Shown: positions 1 through 13,285 of the stretch, in pieces
How positions within the stretch are numbered: position 1 is the stretch's first letter
Layout: every line of letters starts with the position of its first letter
Assembly: GCF_009914755.1 (NCBI RefSeq)
Contig: NC_060925.1
Direction: 5' to 3' (one strand)
From: the human T2T-CHM13v2.0 reference genome, Homo sapiens
Length of the DNA: 64,000 nt
The notes under the pieces: generated by a model
Told to the model about the DNA's origin: nothing
What the model saw: only the letters and a program-made list of their open reading frames with translations
The model's database searches: none
Program-made: the position numbers and the translations under genes

Positions 1-34
1 GTAGCCAGGGTCGAGGAGCAGCGAGGTAGTCCTG

Positions 35-205
35 CAGTTCTCACACTAGTGTGTCCTCAGAATCACCTGGAGGGCTTGGTGAATGCACTGCGAGGCCCAC
101 CCCCAGAATTTCTGATTCAGTGGGCATGAGGGCTGAGAATGTACATTTCTAACAAATTCCCCAGCTGATGCTGATGCTGTTACTATAAGGGTTTGAAAAG
201 TACTA
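35..205. mobile_element. MER5A-like hAT-Charlie DNA transposon relic
   Basis: Motifs 'cagaatcacctggagggctt', 'ccccagaatttctgattcagt' and 'catttctaacaa...gatgctgatgctg' match the MER5A consensus as I recall it. Confidence 0.75.
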
Positions 206-2184
206 TCTAGGCCCTTATGTTGAATGCTGACCTCAAAGAAAAGAGGTCCCTAAGGTCATACAAAAAGTTGGTGGCAAGGAGCCCTTGGTCTGAATGTGCC
301 CCATCCCCAGTTTTTCTAGTTGTTAGTTTTCTAGTTTTCTAGTAGCTGACTCCTGACCAATATTCATGACCCCAGCCTGTTTTCACTGTCCTCTGCCCAT
401 CTCTAGCTCAAGCCCCACCTCCTCCATGAAGCCTTCCCCATCCTCTCTAATGGCTAATTAATTGCTCCCACTTTGATGCCTTTTTTTTTTGCCAGACATT
501 TTGTCCTAGGATAATCAATTGATTTGTTCATTGTATATATACTAGCTAACATGTATTGACTACCTACTCGAATTGTTCTCTAATTGCTTCAGATGTGCGT
601 AAGTCCTGTCAACATTTTGAAGGCAGGGATATCTTTTCTATTTATCTTATAACCCTCTGAGGACTAGCATGCGACTGGGAACATAGCCGGCAACGGATAA
701 AAGGGAATGCTTGTGAAATGCTTGTTGAAAGAGCGTGAACTGTGCACCAACTGACAGCATATCCTAGACTCCTTAGGGCTGAATCAAAGTGAGGTCAAAA
801 GACATTTTCCCTGGAAGATTTTAAGATTAAGGCTTCTTCTCCCTTACACCCTTTGGATTCTCTCTTGGGCCCTTCATCATCTTCTCCCTCTGCCTGTTTC
901 TCCCTACACCACACTGAGAGCTCCTCAGGCCAAGGCACCATGACTTATTCATCCCAAGTGCCAAGTTCAATGCCTGATGCCACAACAAGTACACTAGCAT
1001 GGATGGATGGATGGATGTGTTTTCAGTTCTTATTGGCCGAGTGGGGAAGGTCAACAGCACTATTGATTGCAGAGCTAGGGGAGTGGGAGAAGAGCTTCCA
1101 TTCCTATTTCTCTACTGTCCTGAGAATCTGCATCCTTGAGGAGCTTGAACCAGGACTTGGTCTGTACCTGTTGGGTTGGGATGGACTCGATGTACATGGG
1201 AAACAGACCATGAGTCCATCGTGGGGTGGGAAGCTCTGGCCCGGGGGTCCCCGGTGGTAGAAACAGCAGATTCTTGCCTGAGGCCCTTGTGCTATACCCC
1301 ACGGATGAAAATGGTAGGTCAGGGTCTAGAGGCAAGGACACCATGTTCTCCTCCTCACCTGCTTTGCTGGGCGACTTGGGGGCTTCTGGGCCTGAACTTA
1401 AGGAGGTAACCTCAATGGAACCAAATAAACTCTTCTCACCCATTCCTGTGCCTCATCACTCCCCTTGTGGGACTTTCCCCTATGCTCCGCTCTTGCCCTC
1501 TTTCTCCCTAGTGAATGGGCTTCCTGCTGTTCAAGGCTGTTGCCTTGTCATCTATCAGTAAAGCCCCTCCTTCCAGAAATGTTGTTAGAAGCCCATTTGT
1601 TTCATTTTCACAGGGTCAAGGGGATTCTAAGAGTCAGCAATGGTGTTACACGGCTGAGACCACCAGCCTGTAACCTGGAGCAATTCTGATGATGAGATTC
1701 AAGCAGAAGGAAGAATAAGAGTCTCTGTGTGGGAAAATGCCCCACAGTTAAAATGGTTCTCCTTGACATTCAAAGCAGCATTCTCCCTTAGATAGACAGA
1801 CCCAAATTTCCATAAGATTCTTACAGAAATATCATAGCTTTTAGTCACAAAAGTTCTTGGGCTATTGCAAGAGGTAGAGGGCAGATGTGATTGCCATGAC
1901 TTCTGGTTGGCCTGGTCTCAGTTTTCTGTCTCCATAAAATGGGGATTTCAGGCCCTGCTTCTTGCCTGAGTCTGAACTGTGCCCCTCCTCTGAAGGGAAA
2001 GTGTCCCAGTGCTTCTCCCACCTTCCCTGTGACAGCTACTCCTCTCCAGGGAGATTTAAGCCTCCTCAAGGTGCTGGCTGCGTCCCAGCAGCTGCAGGGC
2101 TGGGTCCCAGGAGCTGCAGAGCCAGGCCCCTCCCTCAAGCCTGGTCTGGGATCTCCTGCCCCAGAAGGCCAGTTAACCCTCTGC

Positions 2185-2264
2185 TGGCTGGAATAGTCCG
2201 CTGTTTTCATGCTAATGGCACTTTAATATTCTTCATCTGCCTTTTCCTACATGTTGGCCTCTAC
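2185..2264 (+). pseudogene. MT-CYB: Short NUMT: nuclear copy of a mitochondrial cytochrome b fragment (helix B, His83-His97 region)
   Basis: Translates as [24 protein letters not shown] versus CYTB [28 protein letters not shown]. ATA at the Met position fits the mitochondrial code. There is a 1-bp insertion near the 5' end and a 6-bp deletion at GGC[CGAGGC]CT. Hand alignment to the recalled human sequence gives about 57/72 nt identity. Confidence 0.85.
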
Positions 2265-3779
2265 CCTCTCCCAGAGTCTGGGCACTTGCGTGGATTCAGC
2301 AAGGCCTGCACACCAAGTCAGAAGAGAGAATGAATGCCATGGTGAGGGCCCTTCCTCTGTGGTCCCTGGGACCAGATGGTACCCGTGGCAAGATTAGAGC
2401 TGGAGTTGAACCAAAGACAACTTATCATCACATTGTCTGCTGCATTCGGTCAGGACCAATCCCAACCATTAATATTTTACTGAATCAGAGACCTAATCTG
2501 AAGGTTTTTCTTTTTCCCTGTCTGCAACCCCAATCTTTTAATAAGCCAGTTGAAGCCAGAATCAAACCTACATAAGTCTCAAATGTCAGAGGTAAAACCA
2601 AACCAGAACAGAAAATGTTGTTGGTACTGAACCCGAACTAAGCTATCCTATTTCATTCAGTCTAAATCCCGGAGAGAAATGTGGTATTGGCCAAGAAGTC
2701 TGTGACTCCCCCCACTCACCCCCGATCCATGCTATCTGCCCCAAGATGGAGTCACCTTTCAAGATACGTATAGGGGGTCAGAGAAGATGGAGAGTAGGGG
2801 CCAGGAGGCCAGGTCAAGGAGAAAAAGGTGGGGCAGGGGCTGGCAGAGAGAAGGCAGCAGATCCCCTGGGCAGCAGAGGTCTTTCCCCTCCCTTGATCCC
2901 CTTTGCTCCCTTAAGGCAACACACCAATGAGTGCAGGGTTTAAGTCTGGGCCTCAGGCCTCCTGGGTTTCCATTCTGACTCTGTTCTTCCCTGGGGCTTG
3001 ATTTCTGCCTAATGGCACACTTTTAGGTGAGTTACCTCTCTGAGCCTTAGTGTTCCTCTCTGAATAACTGGAAGAAGCAATCTGCTTGGTGCCTATCACA
3101 GGAGAATCATAGACTTATAAAAATTACTGGAGCTAATCTTGTCTAAACTCTTCCATTCAAAACTTCCAATCCATGGTGGAACTGGGGTTCAAACCAGCCC
3201 CAGCTGGTGGGGTCCAGAGGAAAGCACATGGCTGAGGGGGAGAATGCCTTGGAAGTGACTAGGAAGAAGGCTGCTAATGTAGTTTAAGTCTGTGATTTTT
3301 CTCATGTCTCTGTCTTGGATAGGAAATTTTGGGTTTCAAAGCTGTCCTCTGTCTTTGCCAGAAACAGGATGGCCAGTGGTGAGGGGAGTGTCAAGGAGTC
3401 CCAAAACAAGAGTGGGATTTTAATAGCCAACCAATTGAGTTTATTCTATGGTGTCCCACAAAGTGACAGCAATAAACTGAACCAGCCCTTGCATGCGGTG
3501 CAACACCAAGATGCACAGGTCCCAAAATCCAACCAGGCAGCGGAGGATACTGGAGATGGGGCAAAGGAGGGAGGTGACAGGGACAGGTGGAATGAGTCAC
3601 TGGAGTGTGTTTTTCTATTTGGGATCTTCTTCTTCTGGGAAGGCTTGACCTCGGTGGAAATGCAGAAGCTACTGGGGCTATTTTGCTTGGACAAGGCTCA
3701 GCAGCCAGATAGCACAAGGAACAGAAGAGAGTGACAGTCTTTACTGAGACCAGCAAAAGACAAAATGTGCCTAAACTAC

Positions 3780-4080
<301 letters not shown>

Positions 4081-4279
4081 TGACATGAGGACATTTAGTC
4101 TAGCTCTAGTAAGAACCAAAGACTTTACTATAGAATGGGTGACTATAGGAGACTGTAATCTCCTTCTCAGGAGGGTTTTAAACCCAGGATAACCCCTTTT
4201 TTTCATGGTTAAATGTGGCCCTGCCTGAAGGCAGTAGGATAGACTTGGATTCTGAAAGGTTCTGTTCACCTAAAGAATT

Positions 4280-4490
4280 TAATAATAGCTACCACAGTGC
4301 TACGTGCTGTCACAGTACTTAACAAAAATGAACTCATTTAACACTTCCAAGCATTCCTGAGGTAAATACTATTTTAAATCCCATTTTATAGATAAAAACT
4401 CAGAGGCACAGGAGAGTTAGGCAACTCTCTCAAGATCACACAGCTGGAGAGTGGCGTAACTGAGATTCCCAGCTAGAGCCTGAATTCTCT
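4280..4490 (-). mobile_element. MIR SINE
   Basis: Core 'ccattttatagataaaaactcagaggcacaggagagttaggcaactctctcaagatcacacagctgg'. Confidence 0.75.
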
Positions 4491-5886
4491 GAAGAGGGGG
4501 CTAATAATGGGCAAACATAGCTGCCCTTGCTGCTGAGCAGAGTAGATGGGTCATCTAAAAGTCCAAATTTCCCCCTCATCCACTCTTCCCCCTTTAGGAT
4601 CCCAAGTTCAAAGTGGGACAATCTCCTATTTCCTGGGGACAACAGTAAACTCAGAACCTAATTTTTGGGGGCCTTACCTGGGGGATAAAACTCAGTTTAT
4701 CAGGGCTGGCTTTGGGGCAGGAGCGTGTGAGGTAAAATCCAGCAGAGATTTAGCGTCCAGTCCTCCAGTTGAAATGAGAATGAAATAGTAACCCCATTAG
4801 TACCTTTCCTTTAAATCACAGCTATATCTGGACAGAAATTAATGTCAGCTTCTTTTCTTGAATATCCAATTCCAATCAGCATATCCAATTAACTCGCTTA
4901 CCTGCAGCCCCCTCTAAACTCCTTTTCTTGTGCTTCGATTTCTTCTCTAGTTAGCCCTAATTTATGGAGCCCTTTGGTACTCTAATATCACATTATTATT
5001 AGTAGTAGTAGCAGTAGCAGTAATAGTATATATAGGTTTTCTGCAAGAGCTGTGGAAGAGCAGTAGAATTGGGAATCTTCTTCTTGGGTTTCTTAGTAGC
5101 AAAGAGATTGGTTTGAAAGGCATCACCACACAGAAGGAAGCACTGGATCATGTCTGCAGGGCTGGGATTTAATCCCAAGGTTTTCTTTCATTGGCTGTGT
5201 GACTTCAGGCAAGTCATTTCACTTGTTTATGTAATAGTTTCTGTAGCTGTCCCATAATGGTGGGACATAATGGTCCTTAGCTCAAAAAAGATATTGTGAA
5301 TGTAAAATGAGTTATTAGCTATGAATGTCAGTACTGTCCAATATTGATTTATTATGTGCCTACCATGAGCTAGGCCTGCGTTAGGAGCTGCAGATACGTG
5401 ATAAAGGATAAGGATCCCCTCAGGAAGCCCGGTGATGGGGAAATGGACAATTTGTCTGGTCTTCATGAACACAGGGGTCACCCCTTGTGAGAAGAGGTTT
5501 GCATGGGGGTCCCAGGGAGACCAGCACGGGGGGCGGAGCAGCATCTCACCTGGCCTGAAGGAGGCCCTGAGGGGGTACTTCCTGGAGGAGGTGAGGCCTA
5601 AGCCAAAATGCAGGAGTGGAAATGTGAGTTCTTTGGAAAACGTACAGTGTAATATAAATATAAAGCTGTTCTTGTTATGCCTGAGCTCAGATTTCTTAGA
5701 AACTTGGTCTCTCAGACCTAAGCATTTGGAGAGGATGAGACTTTTGACACAGAGTTATTGAGCGCTCAACATCACTCTCAGCAGGTCTCAGCATCTGGCG
5801 TCCTCAAATTCACTTCAGAAGAGGCCTTTATCACTCGCTTCTACCTCTGTTCACCTAAGGACCCTATGCTTTTGTGGTCTATTAAC

Positions 5887-6355
5887 ATATATGTGGCATG
5901 TGAATGTGTATGTGTGTGGCATGTGTGGTGTGTGTACATATGTGGTGTGTGTATGAGTCTGTTGTGTGTATGTGTATGATGTGTATGTGTTGTGTGTGTA
6001 TGAGTCTGTTGTATGTATATGATGTGTGTTGGATGTGTGATATGTATGTGTGTGGTGTGTGTAAATCTGTTGTGTGCATGAGTGTGGTGTGTATGTGTTG
6101 TATGTACATGGATGTGGTGTGTGTATATGTGGTATGTGTGTATGAGTCTGTTGTGTGTATGAATGTGGTGTATATGTGTTGTGAGTGTGTATGAGTATGG
6201 TATGTGTTGTATGTGGTGTATGTATGTATGGTGTGTGTAAGTCTGTTGTATGAGTATGGTGTATAGGCACTGTATGTGGTGTGTGTATGCAGTATGTGTG
6301 TATAAGTGTGGTGTGTGTATAAGTGTGGTGTGTGTATATTGTGTGTGTGTGTGTG
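5887..6355. repeat. Degenerate (TG/TA)-rich low-complexity tract with recurring subunit 'gtatgagtctgttg'
   Basis: About 470 bp of near-alternating TG/TA. The subunit recurs near 5951, 5998, 6061, 6140 and 6237. Confidence 0.95.
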
Positions 6356-9099
6356 TTCAGACCTTTAAGGAGGTGAAAGGTGGAGAGGGCCTGGTGCTGC
6401 TGAGGCTGACCCTGGGAGTGAGTTAATGAGAGTGTATCTGGAGTTGAGCGTTTGGTGCTGCGAGAGAAGATTCAAGCTGAAGATTATTTTTGTAGAGCTT
6501 CATGACCCGAATTATTTATAGATTTAAGTCTTTGGTAAATTCTGTCTCTGAGACTCTTCCTCCCTCTATCCTGTACATACATTCACACACTCACATACAC
6601 ATACACACACACTCTCTCACATACGCATTCAACAGCAGCAACAGCAGCGGTGGCAGTCCAGGGTGCCTATTGCTGGCCCCGCCCTCTGAGCTGTGAAAAC
6701 ATTAACTAAGCTTGCAGAGTCAAAACTCAGCAGGCTGAGGCTCCCTGGAGGACAGCTAGGAGCCTGGCCCTAAATGCTTGGCTAATTGGACGGGGACGCA
6801 GGAGCCTGGAAAACTTGGCCCGTGGTTTGCACTGAGCTAGCAGAGGAGAGGAAGAAGGGAAACAGGGATAAGGGTCTCTCTTTTCCATGAAGGGGAAGGA
6901 GGTTGTTAAGATGTTCTAAGCTTTGAGAATTTCTGCTGCTCCCACCCTTACACACACACGCACATGCACACACACAGTGCTTCCAGCACTGGTCCCCAAT
7001 GAGTTGTTGGTCAATCTTCGGTTAACACTGGAGATTGACATTTCCATGTACAATTATTTCTATTTCTGTCCATGTTAAGAGTCTGCCCTAGATATTCAAC
7101 TAGGGGTGGGTGGAGCTAACAGCGGGGTGCATGGGGCTAGAGAGTCCTGGATTTCAGGGGGCCAGGCCATGGAGATCTTTCTCCTGGAATGTAGGGAGGA
7201 GTCCCCAGAGGACTCACTTGTTCTCTGGACTTTTGCATCTTGGGACAGTATGAGAATTAATAGCCTGGCTAGTAAGGATAGTAGCTGTAGTGACTATTTA
7301 TTGAGCATTTACTATGAGTAAGGTCAGCGTTCAAGGGTTAGGGTGGGGAGATTGGCTGGTGAGGATCTCCGGAGACCAGTTTTCTGTTTCTAAATTGTGG
7401 CGTCTCTGCTCCCTCATCAGACAAGGGTGGATGAGGATGGCCAAGCCATCACTGGTCTATGCTGCTCGTAGAACTAAGAGGAGTGGCCCCTGCTCCATGC
7501 CTTCCTACAGTTAATGACAAACTACACTCACAAAGGCACCAAGCACCCCATCTCTGGGGCCTCTCCCTTTGCTACTCATGAGAGAATGACACAAAGAGCT
7601 AGAAGCAAAAAGAATCCAGACCTCTGGGTTCTACTCTTGGAGAATTTTGAACTCCAAGGGCCAGGACAAGAGCTTATGAGAGGTGAATTACACTGGGTGA
7701 TTCAGGAACACGGGGCTCAGGCCTTAGTCCAACCCCACCTTTAAACACTGCTCCAGCTTTAGGCTTGGGCAGGTCAGGAGGCTGAGGGAACAAGACGAAG
7801 CTGCCAGGGGCGGAGGAAGCATTTGATTGTTCTGGGAAACAATAAGATAAACACAGTGGAGACAGCCGAAGCATTAAGCAGCCTCAGATGAAATCAAATC
7901 ATGCAGAAGCAAAGCAATAATTCACATGGAGCACACAGAGTTGGGGGTGTGTAGCTGGAGGGGTGGTAGGAGGAATTAATACAGAATAACGAGGAACTTC
8001 TGCCAAATCTGAACCTTTGTTTACCCCAAGTTCTAGTAGTGTGGGCACTCGGAATCTCCATTCAAGGCACTGCACACAGGTTCCTTTCCTGGAGATGCCC
8101 TGGTTGTTTCAGGATAGAATTGAACCTCTTAGGCTTTTTGAACTGGAATGATTTAGAGCCACTCTTTCAGGTCTGTGGGGAGTGCAGGGCAGCCTTTCTC
8201 ACCAAGCTCTGGAATAGGGTGTGGTGAGAACTGATGGAATTAGGCATATCGACAGGTTAACTACCTTGGAAATGCCTGTCTCACTCCTCAAAAGGGGGCA
8301 GGACAAGGAAACTAGCACCTCCTGGGACTGGATATACATGGTGCTTTCGAATAGCTTCTCTCTCTTTATAAGTTTAGTTCAACACATTTATTGAGCATCT
8401 ATTCTCTGTCAACCCGTGTGCAAAAATTCAGGGATATAAACATGAATACTCTTCAAAACTCTGAGGTAGGCATTCTCATTTTATAGAAAAAGACATGTTA
8501 AGTGTCTATTGCAGGATCACACAGCTAGAAAGTGGCAGAGTGAAACTCGAAGCTGAATCTGTCTGATTCCAAAGCCTGAACTCTTTTATTCTGCCTCCCT
8601 CCAGAGCCTACGCTTTCTCTAAGTTAAACAGGAGGACAATGCCTACATTAGGACTAAAAACTACATTTAAAAAGCACTGGGTGCCTCTGGAGATAAGTCC
8701 TGGGGAACAAAATAGATCATATAGCTGTCTCCTCCACTGTGACAAAGAAGGCCACCTGCAGTCTGGAGAAAGGAGCAAAGGATGGGGTGTTTAAGAGGGT
8801 TATTACTCTCTTTAATTAATTCATTCTTTTCTTTTCTATGGCCTGAGATTGCCCTGCATTTTATAATCTGGAACAGTAATCTTTGCTTTCATTAACACTG
8901 AGGACGGCATTTCCAGCTGTAGGGATGGGAAGGGAGGTCGAGAGCGCTAAGCACCATTATCTGACACTGGACTTGTGCCTAAATGCAGGAGACTCCCAGA
9001 GATTTTAAAAGAAGTCATTAAAAACACACACACACGTGGCATGTGCCCACCATGGTGCAGAAAAGCCATGGTAACCGAGAGAAATGGAGCCTACAACCA

Positions 9100-9432
9100 T
9101 GCCATCGAATCTCTCTTCCCATTGCTAGTGCGCTGGGGCTGAGTCTTTATTGCCTCTTATCTGGGCTACTGCAATAACCTGAGAAATCTCCCTGCCTCCA
9201 GCATATTCTTGTTCTAATCTATTCTACCAAACACTGCCAGATTAATCTTCTTAAAACACTTGTTCGATCCTGCCTTTTCTGTATGCAAAATCCTTAAATT
9301 TCAGGTGTTGGTAATTTTCTTTCTCTTGCTTAACTCAGTCTCCTAATTTTTTTATGATGAACATACACTACTTTTGGAATAATGAAAAAAGTAAATCATG
9401 GCATGTATTCATGCATACACATACACACACAC

Positions 9433-9471
<39 letters not shown>

Positions 9472-9860
9472 ACCTTCAATTGTCCCCTTTAATAATTTAG
9501 AAGAGTTCATACTCCTCAGTTTGTCATTCAGGAGTCTAGCTAACATGGCCTTCTCACCATTTTCCAATTGCATCCCCAGCTTTTTCGTCTTCACGCCTTT
9601 GCTTGACAATTTATTCTACCTCCTAGACCCTAACCATCCTTCAAGGCCTTATCCAAATGCTACCTACTCCACGAAGCCTGCACCAATCTTTCCTTGGAAC
9701 TCCCATAGCACCTAGAATGTCTCTTGGCACAGTTACTTGTAAACATATGCAGTCATCTTTCCTAAGATATTCAGGCTCCTGGAGAAGAAACCATGCTTTG
9801 TACAGCTTCGTATGCCTTACTACACTTGGTACTGCCCTGCACACAGTAGGCTCTCAGTAA
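9100..9860 (+). mobile_element. L2 LINE 3' fragment (degraded), interrupted by a CA repeat
   Basis: 'ctgggctactgcaataacct...ctccctgcctcc', 'cttcaaggcctt...aatgctacctactccacgaagcc' and terminal 'gcacacagtaggctctcagtaa'. Confidence 0.65.
9414..9470. repeat. (CA)n microsatellite
   Basis: Directly visible, nearly pure run. Confidence 0.97.
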
Positions 9861-9929
9861 CACAGGCTGATGGCATGAAGGAATCCCTGTTGCTGAGACT
9901 GGGCAGGAGTAGAACTTTACTCATGGCTC

Positions 9930-10135
9930 ACATTGACTGAACTCCTATTATTGTTTGATGTCATGCTAAAGGCTTTATGCACATTTTCTCATTTAATCCT
10001 CACAACAACCTAATGGGGTAGGCGCTACTATTATCCCTAAGGCTGAGATGAGGAAACGGAGGCATAGTAGGGTGAGGTAACTTCCCCAAGGTCACAAAGC
10101 TGGTAGGCAAAAGAGCCAGGATCTGAACTCTCTTG
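9930..10135 (-). mobile_element. MIR SINE
   Basis: 'tttaatcctcacaacaacc...gatgaggaaacggaggc...aacttccccaaggtcacaaagctggtagg'. Confidence 0.8.
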
Positions 10136-12471
10136 GGTCTTCATTTTTCTAGGCCTCTGTTTTTCCATCACTAGAGAAAAATGAGTAGAGAAAGAGGGAA
10201 TCTTGTTCCATGCCATCCCAACCACCCGGAATCTTCTGGAACCTGGCGTGTAAACACCTATCCACATTTGTTTCTGTCGAAATGATCTTTTCTGGCTCCC
10301 CAGTGGGCTGGTGAGAGCTCTTAGGAGGAAAGTAGTATAAACACTCAAGGTACTGCTATGAAAAGGACTCCAGGACCACTAAGCGGAAACCCTGCTGGAT
10401 CAGACAGGTGGAAAGCAAGAATTGAGGTTACGAAGATGAGGTCAGAGTTGGGGTCTGAGGAACAGGGTAAGAGGAGAAGGGAGGGAAGGGAAGTCAAGCC
10501 AGAAAGCCTCCATCCCTTGCAGTCCCCGGCAGCCAGCCCAGGGGTACCCTGTGTGCTCTGGTCTGCCTGACTGCTTGGCAGAGCCCAAGGGCAGAACAGA
10601 CAGCTGGGGGAGGGTCTACCTCTTTTAAAAGATTCTGTTTGAATAGCTGTCATCTTCACACCTTTTCCCATCTCCCCTCCCAGGAGAGGGGCTTTAATAA
10701 TGAGCTGCTTCATGAAAACAGGCCCCTAATTAATTCATTGCTATTCTTCTGGGGCCAGATCATTCTAATCAAGGTGGGGTGGGGGTGGGGTGGCGAGTAA
10801 GGATTGTCTCGATCTGCTTGTTCTTCCATGGACTCTCTTTGCTCCCTGCCATCACTGCTCCAAGACCCTCCCTGGTCACCTTGTTCTCTTTGGCTGGACA
10901 CCTGCTTGTCCTCAATGCCCACCCCCTTTTTGTGCTAACGCCCCACAGCTGCTGGGCAGAGTGCCAGCGTGAAGACTCAGTACAGCAGGTGCCCGGATCT
11001 CACCGCAGAGTGGGAGGAAGAGAAGCAGGGCTTGGCCCTGTGAGGAAGGAACTTTGTCCTGCCTTTTCTCTGAGCATTCTCAGAATATCCAGTGGGCTCA
11101 ACAGTAGGCAAAGTGCAGCCTCTATTCTTCTCCTTAGGACTCCCCAAGTTCTCCTGGCCCCTGAGAAGTTGGCACTACCTAGGATTCATGTGCTGTTGGG
11201 CCTGGACAGCCACATCATCGCACCCAAAAAGTGGCAGTGGCTGCAGAGGATGTGCATGGATGACCAAGGACTAAGACCAAGGGAGCTACACTAGGGCCAA
11301 CTCAAAACAAAAATAACTTTAAAAAAATTCTCCCCTCTCCAAGTCAGATCACAGCAAGAGACGATGGAAGTGAGAGATTGTACAAGTCTCGCCTTGGGCA
11401 GTCTCTTCATAGATTTTTTTTGATTTCCTTTCTAGATCTTCCAAGCTCTGCACTTCCATCTTCCCTTCCAATAGACATTGATTGTCCGGCGAAGGCTGAT
11501 GTCTAGCTCACTGGGGTGGAGGCCACGCAGGGGCACTCAGCCAAGGGAGTTAATTCTCACTTTCCTCATCTACAAAACTGGTAACACAACATGCCAGCAT
11601 GACAAGGCAGCGGCAGGAACAAATGAGATAAGGAATGTGAAAGCATTTGGGAAACTGGAAAGGAAAGCATGAAAGAGGGATTTTGGATTGATTTATCTCT
11701 GATTCATAGACTTGGGTGGGACCAGACTGAGGAGGAAAATTGGGCTGGGAGGAAATTCTTCAGGGGGACATGGGGGAAATTGGTACCTCCTCCTCTGTCC
11801 TTTCCAAGGGAGCAGGACTGCGGGGAGGAGGAGCGGGAGGCAGCAGAGGGTTAGCAGGTGCATGGAGCGGGAACCCCTTGCATAGTGGCCGTTCCAGCCT
11901 GCTTTTGAAGGCAGCCTCTCTCAGAGCAAGGAGGAGTCGTTTGACTAGGGTCTCCACAGGACCGGTGCTGGGGACACAGAGGGCCGCAGTCACTGGGCCG
12001 AAGGGATGGCAGCCTTCTGTCTCAGACCCTTTTCACTTTGTGAAATAGAGAAAAGCAAGGGGGAGGCTCCAGTCCTTCACCCACAGAGAGAAGGCAGCTC
12101 GGGGCAAACCTACCCACTGCTAATATGCTCCTTAAAAAGCGCTGAAAGGAGCTATAGCCTGGCTTTTGTGTAAAGTACTAAAGCATCCCTCATTCTGCCC
12201 CTCCCACACCCCCACTCTTCTAGGATTTTTTTCTCTTAAAAGAGTGCTCCACCTCTCCAGGGACTGGAATCATTAACTGAACAGCACTTTGCCTCTCATA
12301 GCTTTTGACAATTTGGCAGTAAGTTGGAAAGTACCAGAGAAACTGCAAAGAAGCGGAGGTGAGAATGGGGAGGGCAGGACCAAGGGGATGTGCCTGGAGG
12401 ACCCGCCTGGGGCCTACCTGACTCCTGGCCCAACACCTGGCTGCACTGGACTTGTCCCACCCTCCCTGCCC

Positions 12472-12515
12472 AGCTCTGGCTCATGGGATGCTGAGCTCTG
12501 GCTCATGGGATGCTG
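12472..12515. repeat. Perfect 22-bp tandem duplication (agctctggctcatgggatgctg x2)
   Basis: Identical copies at 12472-12493 and 12494-12515. Confidence 0.95.
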
Positions 12516-13089
12516 GGCTCCAGCTGTCACAGGGGTGTGGTGGGGTGTGCAGGGGAGCATCACATGGCTTCCCATCTTCACCCCCTCTTGCTATAGCCTG
12601 GAGGCTGCCTGGGGCTGGCTGACAACCAATCTGGACAAAGGGATCCCTCCAGGAAATGTGGGAGTTAATGCCCTTCATTCTGCCTGACACCAGGACCTCC
12701 CCATGAAGCCCAGTGAAGGAGTACCTGAGGCTTAAGGAAAGGAGAGCCTATGTGGCTGGTGAGGGAGGATGGCCTAAATAATGACCCTGGGGCAGCAAAA
12801 TCCAAGTCCTGGGCATTTCCTAAGTGGGGAAAGGAGGGTTATGGATTTCCCAGTCAAGTTGTGATATAAACAGATCAAAGGGAGAGGTTTCTCGGGTTCC
12901 TGAGATGACCTATGTTGGAATATTTCCAGTTCAGCTTTAGACATCCTGACTATTAGGAAGCGAACGGCTTTGGGGGCATTCATCGAAAGAAGTAATGAGT
13001 CTTCAGCTTCCCTGGAGTGGATCGGAAGACTCTTGCTCCTCTCACCCCACTAGGAACTCATCCCTATTTAACAATCCTAGAATGTGAGC

Positions 13090-13285
13090 ATAGCTATACT
13101 ATTGAGCACATGCTACGAATTGGACATGACGCCAGGCATCTTATGTAAATGATTTACATGCAAATCATTTACAAAACCCATTTCACTGATGAAGAAACTG
13201 AGGCTCAGAGAGGTTAAGTGACTGCCTTAGGCCACACAGCCAGCCAGTAGTAGAAAGGCATGCAAACGAGTCAGTTTGATTATAA
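13090..13285 (-). mobile_element. MIR SINE
   Basis: 'gatgaagaaactgaggctcagagaggttaagtgactgccttaggccacacagc'. Confidence 0.8.

Noticed and set aside
1962-2333. 123-aa ORF containing the CYTB-like peptide as a functional gene
   Set aside because: Only ~25 codons are CYTB-derived, with indels. It starts at TTG and the rest resembles nothing I know.
3315-3734. 139-aa ORF with protein-like composition
   Set aside because: No recognisable homology, TTG start, overlapping antisense ORFs and no clear splice frame.
5851-6270. His/Thr-rich and Cys/Val-rich ORFs
   Set aside because: Translations of the TG/CA low-complexity tract.
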